From NCBI RefSeq assembly GCF_000150275.1, contig NW_002060943.1, positions 10,386,209-10,450,208 on the forward strand: DNA of 64,000 nt. Reading direction: 5' to 3'. Source of the stretch: Trichoplax adhaerens (lineage: Eukaryota > Animalia > Placozoa). Numbering within the stretch: the first letter of the stretch is position 1; every line of letters starts with the position of its first letter. The position numbers were made by a program, and so were the translations under genes. This document shows positions 1 through 21,360 of the stretch, piece after piece. Under the pieces are notes generated by a model. That model was not told where the DNA came from. It did not search any database and was given only the letters and a program-made list of their open reading frames with translations.

Positions 1-3000
1 AACAGATTAGATACAGTACATAAGCATGTTTAGATAACTAAAGAGCTACGTAGCAGCAGGTACATCAGCGAACTAGGGCGTTATACCTTTGCTAAGTCAT
101 ATAACTTAATAGCTTCTTCAAATAGTCCTTTCTTTTCCGACTCAACGGCAACTTTTTCAATAACCGCCTTTGCACCACTTATGTAAAATTTATCTATACA
201 GCCAAGCTAAAAGTTGTAGGATAAGGTTACTGTAATAATAGTGAACATTGCTGGTGAATTTTTCAACTAACTTTTTTACTTCCATCGCTGTTTAAGCTGC
301 CTAGAAGCATATCAAATTCTCTGGTTTCCAAAGCCAATTCGCTTAACGAAGACTCAAAAACATCTTCACCTTGAGGGTTTTTTATTCCTCTAAAAATGTA
401 CATTGTAGGAGTCAGTCACTGGTGATCATTCGTTCTCAAATTATATACGTACTTCAATAAATATAGATATTGTAGCGCTTCTCTTGTATTTGTGCCTTCG
501 AATTTTCTTATGTAGGACATTATTAAACGACAAAAATTCAAACGTCGAGAAGGCTGAGGATCCGAAGGTTCTACTGTAACTGAAAGATAGCCAGGCAAAT
601 AAAAAACGTTAGTTAGATTTAGTGATTGTATTTATGTAATAAAGTGTCTATCGAAACGCAACGACTTCCACAACTTGAAGGAAAATCACTTTATTACAGT
701 AGTTACGTCTTCTACCAAGGACTAGATTATCTATAGCTACTCTGTCTTCGGAGATAAAATCTCCTACTTATATACAATTGTGTACAGAGTATCTTCTTGA
801 CACATAAATCATTATCTACCTTAATAAGGCTAACATCACACCTCTAGCGTACCTGGAGGTGCCAAGCAGTATGACTAATAACTTTTACAATCCGTATTGC
901 AATTACTAATACAAATCCTCACATATTTAATCTCACTCTACGATCTAGCACCTATACAAGTGTATCTATCTTAATTAGCCTAGTAATTACGTCATGCACG
1001 ATATTCACACATACTGTATATAATCTTAAGCTATATTTGGGCTGCACTACAATTTAATAACGAAGTCTTACGTAATTGTGATTGGGATGACTTAGACAAA
1101 GAGAGTATATGGGCTTCATATAATGAGATGGCAAAATGGATACTATGAGTTCGATATCTAGCGATCCTAAATAAAAACTCGATAGCCTGAATATATTTTC
1201 AGATATATCGGTTATGCAAAGACATTAATGTTAGGAACAGTGAGCTATGAAAAGATCTTGAATACAATCGAATAAAGAATACTAACATACCGCTTCAAAC
1301 TGCATTGTAAGAAGAAGCACTCTGAAGTACAGTAACGGTTGTTGATATGCATTAAAGTGAGATTCTCCTGAAGAAAGAAACAGGAAAACCGTATACTATT
1401 AGCAGCTAAATTAAATGAACACTGCATAATTATATAAAATGGAGATATACCATAATGATCTATCAGTAACGTTTGCAGTTGAGGAAGTGTAAAAACCTCC
1501 TGAGATTGACTGTTGTCTTCGTTTGGTCTAAGTTGACAGAGCTAATATAAAGTGGAGATCGAATTTCGTTACTAAGAAATGACGTGGACAACATTTATGT
1601 ACGTATTAGATATAGTAATTCCATGCCTTAAGCCAAATATAATCTTCTGTTTTAGTTGCAACTTCAGCGTGACTATCAGTCGGGTCACAACTTCCCACAA
1701 TACAGTAAACAATTCTACAGCAAAGGTATAATAAGACCAAGGTTACAACTGTAGCAGAACAATGATGACAATTACTAGTAAATTCTATAACTTACAACCG
1801 AAGCTAACTTAAGAGAAAATGACTATCATACATTATAATTATATATAAAAGCCAGTACATGATTGTATTATTATTAATTTAAAATCGGTAATTCTTGACA
1901 ATCTGTTAAAATATCCATTTAAAAGGATAATATCCTTCTATTTGAAAATTGAGCTGACCCAATTATAACTCATAATGTAAATAACAAACCAGCCATAAAT
2001 ATCATACCGTTTGAAGGGGTCAGAGCTATGCCCTTCAGATCTTTTGTACATGAGTTGCACCTTAGTTGCAGATGGCGCAGAAATACTACCAGAGGCAATA
2101 CCAGAATTTAATATTGATTACAAGCTATTCATGATTTATAAATTTTATTTCAACGGTGTAATACTGTACCTGTGATTAGGGCTATTAGCAAATTCTTCAA
2201 GATAATTTGTAATCTCGCCTAGATATTGTCTACAAAATATATTTTATTTAGTACTAGTTAAAATAATGGAATTCTATATCAAGTCAAATATATCTTACAG
2301 GTCAGCAGCGTTCAACATCGCTTTTAAGTCTCCGCATCGAATACAATAGTAAATCATAGCCCACACTGGCTTATCATCAACTAGACCGTCCTAAATATTA
2401 CAATAGTCATCAGCAACGATCATAAAACAAACCCTGGCTAACGTCTTACCTCTAAATTCAAGACAGAATTAGGCATAGTGATATTCAGAAAACTTTTTAC
2501 GGTATGATAAGTACTCGGGACACCACCTAACTTTGCTTGATGTAAGTTTCCATAAATTGTCTTTTTAACGTAATCTAAATATCTATACAGAAAGTTACAT
2601 TAAGAGCGATGTAAAGGCCCACTAAAATTTGATCATAAGCTTACCTCCTTTCCAAACAATTTCGTGCCTTATTTATAAACAACATTTGTGATTCTGCTTC
2701 ATACCTTAGAAAATTAATCCTCGATCAGCACGGAATACTTCTATTACAATAAGTTTACCTACTATTCTAATAGAGGCAACAAGATTCTCTTTACCGTAGT
2801 GCTAGCGGATCGATAACCTCAGTGATTTCGATATCGGCTATTTCATAAATTAGATCCCAAATATCTACAATGTTCTATGGAGATAGAGAGCTCGTTAACT
2901 GCATGTCTGCATGTTTAAAGAATGCTATTTTGGCTAATATTTACCGCGTCAGCCTCCCTAGAAGCAGCTTCTCGTAATGCCTGAATAAGATTAACTTGCT

Positions 3001-5201
3001 CTCCATTAATGAGCCTTTCATTGCGAATGTATATCTAAAACAAAATTTTTAGTAATACAATTATTAAAAAGGCCAAACATACAAAATATTTCATATTATT
3101 GACATAGAAATCTACCTCCCGTGCATAAGAAAGCTCTATCGCATCCATCACACCTTGTTTTTCAATAATTGCAACGCTACTAGGGCCCTAGCCAATAAAT
3201 TATAATTATCATATTACTTAGTAATATATAAATCTATCGATAAATATAAAAATTACTAACATCATTGTCGTCAGTTACAGCAATATCTTCTCCGCTACCG
3301 ATTAGATGATTTAAAATTTTTACTTTCTCTTTTTCCCATTCTGTGACCATATATTGCCATTGATGTTGCTCTGCCATTTCCATTGTCTTAAATATAATGA
3401 AAGATTAATGGGCAAAAATTGTACTAAATACTTTATGATTAAACCTAAAATACTATTAATCTCCATGCATGCTTGCGAAAAAGAGTTAACTACATTTAGT
3501 TTAGAATTTTTCTCTATAATTAACTTACATTTCGTCTAGCTTCTTCTATAGCAGATAACATAGCATTTTCACGTTCGTTCCTTATGAAGCCCTTGTCAAA
3601 AGAATATGTTATAATTATACAACGGAATATTCGTCCAACTAGGTATCTTTGACTTGTCTTAAGCATTTTAGGATCAAGAAATGGTGATAGAATTTGTCAT
3701 AACTCAATTACCTGAATATCCGAATCACTAATCGGTTCCAGAGGATGCAAGTTAGCGGATGTTGCCAAAATATCAACGTCTTGGTCAAGATCAGTCAAAT
3801 CGACACCATTAGATCCTAATAGCATAGACCTATCGAGTATCCCAAAAGTAAATGTTTTCCGTTACGAGCAGGATTTCCAAAGACAATTTGTAAATTACGA
3901 GGTATAATTTTAATCTGTGTTTCTCTCATATTATATTATAATTATTATCATTTATGGTTATTTTAATAAGTACTTTCACTATCCTTTTAATCGGTATTGA
4001 GTTGCAAGAGCAAAATTTTAATTTAAGGTGTAGCAATTAATCATTCATGGGGATGACTTTATTATATAATCGTAGTGTAGCGTACACCATCATAAATTTC
4101 ATCGTGAGAATCTATACTGTAGTTTGGACAGCAGACTACAGAAAGATAAAAAGCTACTAGCTACACCAACAGCAGTTACGAATTTGGCACTACCATGCTT
4201 TATGGACCATAAATAAATTAAATTACGGTACATTTATCAAGAGGTTAGCCAATTTTAGATTTTCCGACCTACAATATTACAGTACTGTCGTGGAGGTATT
4301 TGGTCGAAAGGTAAACTGTATTCGTAAGATCAATATTGAAGACAAGAAGGTTAAAATACTATAGAAATTAAAAAAAACCTTTGTACCTGAGTTAACCGCT
4401 AAAATGTAGCCATCTGATGTACGCACTATTTAAACGGCAACGTATACATGTGTTTGCATATAATGCTGTGCTACCATAGCCTGTATTCGACAATCTTTCA
4501 GTTTATATAGCATAATACGAGAACTTCCAAACGTGGTCGAAAGGCTGATAGTACCGTATCGTGTTCGAATTCATAGTACAGTAGTATACATTTTACGGAA
4601 TATTAATTTTATAGATCATGAATTCTCGTATTATTCTTACAAGATATGCAATGATCTCGACTCATACCGTACATCATGATAGTTATTGCTCTACTGTACT
4701 GTACTCTTGTCTGTACCGTACTATGCACGTATGCCGAACTACGAACTGACAGTTCAAGAAAGCATGGATCTAACTTTGATGAGGACAGGAAGGCTTACGT
4801 TAAAACATTACAGTAACTAAACAATAAAAACGAAGTACTGTAGTAGTAAAATTGATATTCTTTCCTTTGATTTTAAGGGCTTGTATAGAGTAATAAATCA
4901 TTCGATAAATACGATTAAAGGCTCATTATTATTACGCGTAAAATGTTACTATCAGCTATGGAACATGTAGCTTGTACTGGAGCATAGTAAACGACTGTTC
5001 GACTTACGCTTTTGCTTTTACATCTTTCATTTCACCGGTAGCATGAATAGTTTTACTCTTCAATTTCTGTACCGTTTCTGAGATTTGTAATAAACTTCGT
5101 TCCACCCGAGGCAATTCTAAACCATGTTCTATATCAGCATTCAGCTGTTCGGCATGCTGAACAAGTTCGTCGAACGTAACCGCATTTGTATTCGAAGCCA
5201 T
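1..5201 (-). CDS. NUP93: Nuclear pore complex protein Nup93 (multi-exon, 3' part runs off the window)
   Basis: Exon 1 [42 protein letters not shown]...DVKA. Later exons read [60 protein letters not shown]-like stretch, [41 protein letters not shown] and [25 protein letters not shown]. All match Nup93/Nic96, with GT-AG introns. Confidence 0.93.
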
Positions 5202-5280
5202 ACTTGATCTTACTTTTTGCCGCCTTTTGACCTTAAATCGGTCTAAAGAGAACTGTTGAACGTTGTCTACAGCTCACGGA

Positions 5281-5517
5281 TATACAGTACATTGCCGTAC
5301 ACAGTATGTAACAGCCATTGGTACTGTATCTCAACAGCGTGCGCAACTCACTCACCGTCAGGTCTATGCGCAACTGTTCAATGGTTCAGTAAAGAACAGT
5401 ACAGTACAGTACTGTACAGTACACAATACAGTACAGTACTATATTGTATTTACTGTACTGTACACTGTACCGTACAGTACAGTACAATATTTGTACTGTA
5501 CAGTATGCTGTACTGCA
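5281..5517. repeat. TACAG/CTGTA palindromic pentamer array at the NUP93 promoter
   Basis: Runs such as acagtacagtacagtactgtacagtac, densest at 5396-5517, 80-320 bp upstream of the NUP93 ATG. Confidence 0.9.
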
Positions 5518-5785
5518 CGCTTGATAAGACGTGAAATGATGATTCACAGAGCTGCTAAAGATTTAGATATCTGTAAACTTACCTAATATTCTGTTTTCAG
5601 TATATTATATTTTATATTATGTATATATAACATGTACAATGGTAGAATATACTCGTATATTACTGTCGTCTTTTGTACTATTTACGATGAGATCACTTCT
5701 CCTAAGTTATTAACTTTACTTTATTTCTCATAGTAATCCGTAGATACCTAAAATCTGTTTACGCTAAACTTGTTTACTTGTCAAA

Positions 5786-6030
5786 AGGGTAAGAGAATGC
5801 TATATAAATGAGCGCATCTCTTACCCTAGGCATCTTTCCCGTAGGTCCCTCCGACTATGCGCTATGTGCTTTGGATTTTAAATAGACGTAGTTATTCAAT
5901 TTCTTCTCGACTCTGTTCTCCGAGTTTGAACCCTTGTTGCAATTGCTGCCTTGGGACAATTACGTACGGGAGACTAAAATAGTGCAATAAAAGCTCTTTT
6001 AAAGGGGTCTAGGGTCCACCAGGTCCCCAA
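5786..6030 (+). ncRNA. Candidate structured non-coding RNA or structured element (unidentified)
   Basis: GC-richer island containing a 14-bp hairpin (5786-5800/5814-5827), long-range stems (5835-5843/5965-5973; 5845-5849/5953-5957), internal hairpins and a terminal GGGG..CCCC stem. G-U pairs work on the + strand. Confidence 0.35.
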
Positions 6031-8004
6031 TTAAAATTTTCGTAGATTTTTATATTTCCTAATCTATAAATTAAGACTTAAGTTAAAATAAAATGATTGA
6101 AATAATAGATGGTATACTCGTACTCTATTAAATTTAGATAAGCATAGTATGGAGTATCTTACTTTTAGAAAATACAGTACGCATACTGCGTACATTCGTT
6201 CGACGCAAAAACTAGGTGCGTATACGTAATTACGAATATGCTGTACAATGTATCAGTCAATCCATCCAAAATATCTCATATATTATATGGTAAGGCAATA
6301 TCTTTGATTTTATTATTCTCAATCCATCATCAAGAATAAAAAATACGAGTTTATAAATTAACATGCGGTTATTTTTACTAGATCTTTATATTGTAGGACA
6401 AATCAGTTAATTCGCATAAATGCACATATCCATTTACATCAATCAGTGATAAATATATTGTAATACTCGTATAGATTACTTTATCAGTACGCCATACATC
6501 TCAATGTTTGGTATACCGTAGGCTACGGTAAATTATTAATTTAAGCTGTAAAACTAACATTTGGAAATACTGTATGTATAAATGTCGAATGTATGTTTTT
6601 GTATATAAAAGTTAAGTTCTGTGCTTATTTATGGACTCATAACCAGTATGGTTACGGACCTACCTTAACATCATACGAATTCATAGTGACTAAATATGAA
6701 GCTAGACATTAGCTGTCTAAGATCTGATGTACGATTTAAGCTGTATTGTGTGTATACCTGACAGATCTAACTTGGCAACGGCTAAACTTTTTTAACAGCA
6801 AAAGTATTGCTGTTAACCCTTATTGACTATCTATCATTCACACTTTGATATTTTTCATACAGCTTACTATAATTGAAAATAGTTGGTTATAAAGTGCAGA
6901 TCTGTTTGTGTTGACGATATCATGGGCTAAATTTATCAAGCACTATATAGCATAAATACCAGTAAAAGTGTTGATATTACTCAATTTCTAAATCAAATAC
7001 TGCACTCTCATCAACTACTTGTTGCGATGTAATATACAGTATAATAAATAAATATATTTACAGTTTATAAGCCGTAAAGTGTCAGTCTTAATTGATAAGC
7101 TTGCCTAATGAATACTGGGCAAACATTAAGAACAATTTCATACAAACTAAGGAAAACTTTCTAAATAGTAGCTTTAGAAGACGACCTCTACAATGTTTTA
7201 ATTGTGTGACTAGAAATAACATATTTTTATTTCTTTTATGTCAATTATAGAACTATAGTTATAATGGTCGTTTGATAAGAAACGATTTATAAGAACATAC
7301 TATTTCGTGATATGCCATGAAATGACGACGAGCACATAATGTTATTAAGAGAAGTACTTAATTAAATTTTAGAGAGATTATAGAGGAATAATTAACAAAT
7401 AAGCAACGAAGAATTGCGTCTTAACATAAATACAGTAAACATTGAATATATGTAAATAGAATGCTACTAATGGGTTACGGTTTTATACTTCATTTGGCAT
7501 TACTTTATCAGTAATAAGTAAATAGCTCCAGAGCAGAAATATATTTAAGAGCCTCCATACAAAGTAAATATATTTACCAATACAATACATAGCAAGCGTG
7601 TATAAGCAGTGACCGAAGATCATTATGTCCGAATAGTACGAAAATAATATCGCCAATTTCGAAGGGTAGGCTAGCTACACTAATACTGAAAAGTACAGTA
7701 TATTATTCAAAATTAGGTCAATTTTTTTACCCATTTGAAGTTTTATATATTTACATCTGTAAAGCAATAAATTATTTGATTCATTTCTAGTCAAACTCGA
7801 ATACGATATATTAGTATATCTTAGTTTTCTGCAGCTGTTTCTGTCTTAGACTTCTTTCACAGCAACCAGAAAATGTCCTATTAATTTATAAAATTTCCTT
7901 CCATTAAACGTTAAGATCGCCAGTCCTATGTATCAGGGATTACAGAAATCAAATATGTATAGCTGAAAGGGTAAAACCGTAATATCTTTTGATAAACCTA
8001 TAGC

Positions 8005-16121
<8,117 letters not shown>

Positions 16122-19100
16122 CTTGCTTCCTTTTAACTTGAAACGGGTGATTTATGAGCATCGAATAACAACCAAATTTAAGATACGTTTAAGGCGAATG
16201 CTGTACTTTCGAGTCGGTAACTCCTAAAGCCAAAGAGACAATTAAAATATTTGATAAAAGCTTCGCTGCAATGTAATTACCGAACTTTAGTCTGGAATAA
16301 ATTGATGTCACAGCCCCACCATAGCAACCGTCGTTGCTATAGAAGACTATTGTTAGCAAAGACGTCATTCCTTATTATATTCTTAGACAAATGTTTCCAC
16401 ACAGCGCTATTAAAATTCCACAAGATTTTTAATGTATTGCCTGCAATAGCTGAAATTAGTTAACTATGACGAAACTGTCATAACTTTAATAGTTCTTAAT
16501 TGCAGGAATCAAATTAAAAAATATGATGGCCTTCTATTAAAGGAGATTTCACTATAAATGATATTACTTTTAAGAATTTTTTGTCTATTGCATAATTTCG
16601 TGAGAAACAAATTTTAAAGTTCGGACAATACATATACTTGAACACCCGCTATTCTAAAAAAACACGTATGTACACATAGTTTTATTATAAATGCAATAAC
16701 TTAAATGAAAAGGTGAGAACAAAAAATATAAATGAGTAAGATGTAATGATTCCTATTGTAATTCATTATGGTGACAATTATGGAATGATCTATCCAGCCA
16801 CTGTATCAGTATTACTACTGACTTACTGTACAAGTATAATTCTGTTAGCAAAGGGAACATACATGTATGACAGCAGTTCAGTAAGATGTATTTCCAACTC
16901 TTGCTAACCTACATTTTTCATCAACTTGAAATTGAAGTTTTTGGAGTCATCCTAACAACCGACTTACATCTTGTTATGAAAATAAACATTGACTGGAAAA
17001 GAAACTAATTTGCACCAATCTGACTGAAACAACAATCTAGAACGTAGTCCGTTTATTAGTCAATATGGAGTATCGTATTGAATCGTATTCTTACCTTATA
17101 TAAATAGTAATACACGGCAAATTAAAATTTTTAATACATATACATTTTTCGCTTCAAAATTCTGATTAATGGAAATGTATTAGCAGGATTATAATAAAAA
17201 AGTTTATCTTGTAGCTCATACTACTTAGAAACATAGTTAGATAAGTAGCTAGTCTGATGTTCCTCCTAGCACCGTAGGATAGAACTTTATAAATTTTAGA
17301 ATAAAGTAACCACATCAGAAGTTGATGGCAGTAAATAATTTCGACTGCGTCACGGGCACACTTATTACATTGTAGTGTAGCCATTACCTATATATTTCCG
17401 ATTTATTAAGTGATATACCGTACAATGAATGTTGCCATTATAGAAATTATACTTTACAGCAAGTTTCTAATGCGAAACATACTTCATTACAATATTAAAA
17501 GTGGGCGGTGCCATTAAAAATTGTTAGCATACTGAGTACAGTACCGGGAACTAATCGCGAATATTCAAAGACCGCTGAAAATAAAATAAAGCTACTTTAT
17601 TTCAGGGATGGCCGAATACGTACATTAATAATAATTATAATATGAATGAGCGCGGACCGGTAAAACTTTTCTTCAGTTTTATTTGTTCTACGTTATCATT
17701 CTGAACTCATCCCTTTATTTATTTAGACAATTACTGCTTGTATGAATATGTGAATCATTTTATCTAACAAGAAATGTCGTGAAGGGAAGAATAATTATAA
17801 TTACAGTATACCAGAAAATCACTCATCTATTTAAGCTATAGCTCCATAATGAAACGGCAGTATTACGAATAAATTCAGAATTTCGATCAGTTCAGTTTGC
17901 GATTGATAAAATATTTATATACTAGTCGTCAGTGTAAATTAAATCACCCAAAATTGGTCTCCAGTGACGATTGTTTTATGCTGTGTAGATTATGCTATTT
18001 TACCAAATCATACCGTGAATTGCAGTACCTGTAGCATTAAGTGCATTTGTTTTGTATCTGTGTAACTGACTGAAATTAAGAATAGAAGCTTAAGCAATTC
18101 GTGATTTACTGGAAAGCTGACATATTCAGAATTTGTTACGGTAATTTTTAAATTGTCTCATTAATTAATACCATCAAATGCTAATGCCATCAATTGTTCA
18201 AAATAAAAATCCTAAATTTTCACACAGGAGAAAAATAAAATGAGACGAAATATCGGTACTTTTGTGTGCGAAATCTAGCGTAATTAATTTTACTAACTTT
18301 AAATTGTATATATAATTGTATAGGGTTAAATAAATTGCAGTTTTGTACCGTACCTAGCTATTCAGTATGATATAAAATACATTGTAAGGGTAGGTATTCG
18401 ATATCCAATCCATACCTCTATAGTCCAGTCTTCGACGAAGAGGCCATATAATACATACGCGTACAGTAGACACATCGCTAATAAGAATTCTAACCTACTG
18501 TACAGTACGCCGTAACAACATTGTGAATTGGTATTAATGACTTTACAGTATTTTATATACGAATGCCGTTATTTCTATTACTGATCTGATATATTCAGAT
18601 ATCTCTCATCAATCGTTCAATACACTACAAATTCCTGTTCAACAGAGATCATATTGTGCAGGATAATATGACATAAAACTCGTTTATGATCTTCGGTTAC
18701 AATACTGTATTAAATCATTGCTCTCGTCTTTACTATTGAATTTGCAGTCCATTTCGCCAAGCATCGGACCGCTGCATATACGTTACAAAAGGAGCATTTG
18801 TAATTGGTAGTAAGCGTATAGTATACTCGTATACCTGTATTTTGGAATAACTATTCATTAAATCTCTATCTAAAAACGGGAATGCCGCAGTGGGACTGTA
18901 TGAACATGTACTTACAGTAGGTACAATTGAAATACACGGTTAGATTAGAAAAGAATAAGATAGTTAATAGTTTTAATTCTCCAAATCTCTGGAATAATTT
19001 GCCACAAGAACTGAATATATATGGTTAAAAATGAAATATTGTTGCTGTATTTTCCTTTGTAGGATTTCTTATACCGAATAATGTTTGCAATCACGATTCT

Positions 19101-21360
19101 ACATAGTGCTTTTCATGAGCTTATAACAAGTCAAACTTTCATAAAATAAAGATGACTTCTCTGCAAATAAGTATACATGTATTTTACTAAAAGATTGTAG
19201 TACCGCTGGAATGCTAAGTATTTTTTTGCAATACGGAACTTTTAAAACGGCGAAGTTTTATTAAAAACACTTATTGGATTGTGAAAACTACTGAGTAGAG
19301 TAAGGGTTGCTGTGGTACTCGGCCAGTGGCAGCTGGCAGATGCACAAACTACTAGTAGTCCCTGTCGGATATTGTAAAATGAAATAATATTCTGTATAAT
19401 GTATATACATACGTATAGTGATGAAACTCCGGTGCCAATGTATAACATTATGGCACTATTCAATTATGAATTGAAAATTGAAAATACGCTCTTGTAGAGA
19501 AATATTTAATGGACGGTATATGAAGTTAAATTATCCTATACAGTACAGCACGTATACGCATTTCATGATACGGTACAGTACAACACTTTATAACGTTCTT
19601 CAATTGCGGAGATCGTGAGCCTCATATGAAATTATATAATATTTGTGGATAGATGTAATTACGCGCATATGGAGGCTATATCATAGAGAGTTGCAGCAAT
19701 CCTTTAGTTCATGCATGCAATAAATGCTGTAGATAATTCATCCCTTAGCTATGGATTATATAGTATTATTATGTTAACAGATAGCTTAATGCAATACGAA
19801 AGCCTTATTTTCTTACCAGTATCAATATGGATTCGTGTCATCACCGTCAAAGGAAGTTTGGTTTCAACTATTCCGAGCCGGCGTATCACGTTATTTCGTA
19901 ATTTGTATTCAGTCAAATAAGAAACAAAAGTAATACAACTATCAACGGCAATTTAAGTGATTTCTATTCATTTTATAAAGTCGTGACATCTGTCTCCTAA
20001 TCTTTCATCCGTAAAGATTCATTTTATCACTCACTTCCCTGCTGCATCAGTTTACTATGAGCTTTGCAGAATTTTCTGGATAACGGCACTAACTGATCAA
20101 CAGAAGTTAAAAAATGCAAATAGGTAGTACAGTATACAGTGGTCCATATTGCTCGCTGACTAATATTGGTGTGTTACCTTATTGTGTTAGCCCTAAATAG
20201 CACAAACCACCGTACGGGTATGTAACAGTCTGTGCATAACGATAACCGCTTAATGAATTAACTTAATCAGCTTTTGTTCTATATTTGACTGCTGATAGTG
20301 TGACAACAATTATACGAACTCTTTTTGGAGTCGAATGCCAGATTTTTTAGACTCTTTGTAAATACTGTAGATTCCTGATATACCTGTCACATAACTGGAT
20401 TACGGACGCCTGTTGTGCCAATGAAATTGTAATTCTTTCTGCACCATGGGTTAAGCGATTTTCGCCCATACGCCTGCTTTTCTTGTTTTTGATTAACATG
20501 ATACTGGACACATAAGCCACTGTTTGATTATCTCAACTTCAATTTATTAATGAAATTATTAAAATTGCTGGATTTGTACACAAGATATTAAGAATCACAG
20601 TTCAACTAGTCAATAGAATTGACAATTGCGAGCATCAAGACCTCCAGTCCCTGATGTGATGTACGAAGGTTATTACGGGGAAGGAATCTACGAGTGTCTT
20701 TCGTAGACCGACAACTACGTATCTTATGGTCATGGGCAAGATTTTTGTATTGAACATGATATTTATTGTTAAACGGTTACTACCTTTATATGACGATTGT
20801 AAGCACTCCCTAAAAAGCAAATTTTATAACAATATACAGTACAACGTACAATGTATCGTATCTGCACTCATGGTTAATCCAGAGATGAATGAACGGAGCA
20901 GTACACTTCTTAAACATCAAGAAATTTGTGATTTTAGAAAAAATACCATAGCTAGAGTCATCAATATCATAGAAAATTTTAATACGTTCAAATTAAAATA
21001 GGGAATACTAACTCCTAATATGATTATAGCAGAACTTATATTAGCATTAGTTATTTGATGAATCATTAATCATATGTCGGTGCAAGGCGAATAATAAATA
21101 TGAAGCAACGCATGTATCAAAGGCCAGTTCATAAGGCTTTAGTTACTTCCTTAACGCCAAAAAACATGTAGTCATACGCCAGGGCACCTATTCAGTTGTA
21201 CAGGCTACGGACAGCTATTTACTTTTTCAACAATATACAATACTTTAAATGTTAATATCGGTAATAAGCATTAACAATCCTATAGGAAAATCAATGTTAT
21301 AGGTGCTTGAAATCTAATAATTTATATAATCCCTATATAAACTTATTTTAGATGTTTACA

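Noticed and set aside
5783-5830. Resemblance to the U11 5' end (AAAAGGG), the U1 5' end (CTTACC) or a telomerase template (CTTACCCTAG)
   Set aside because: No Sm site or diagnostic loops; the word mismatches the CTAACCCTAA template; the nucleotides are sequestered in a hairpin.
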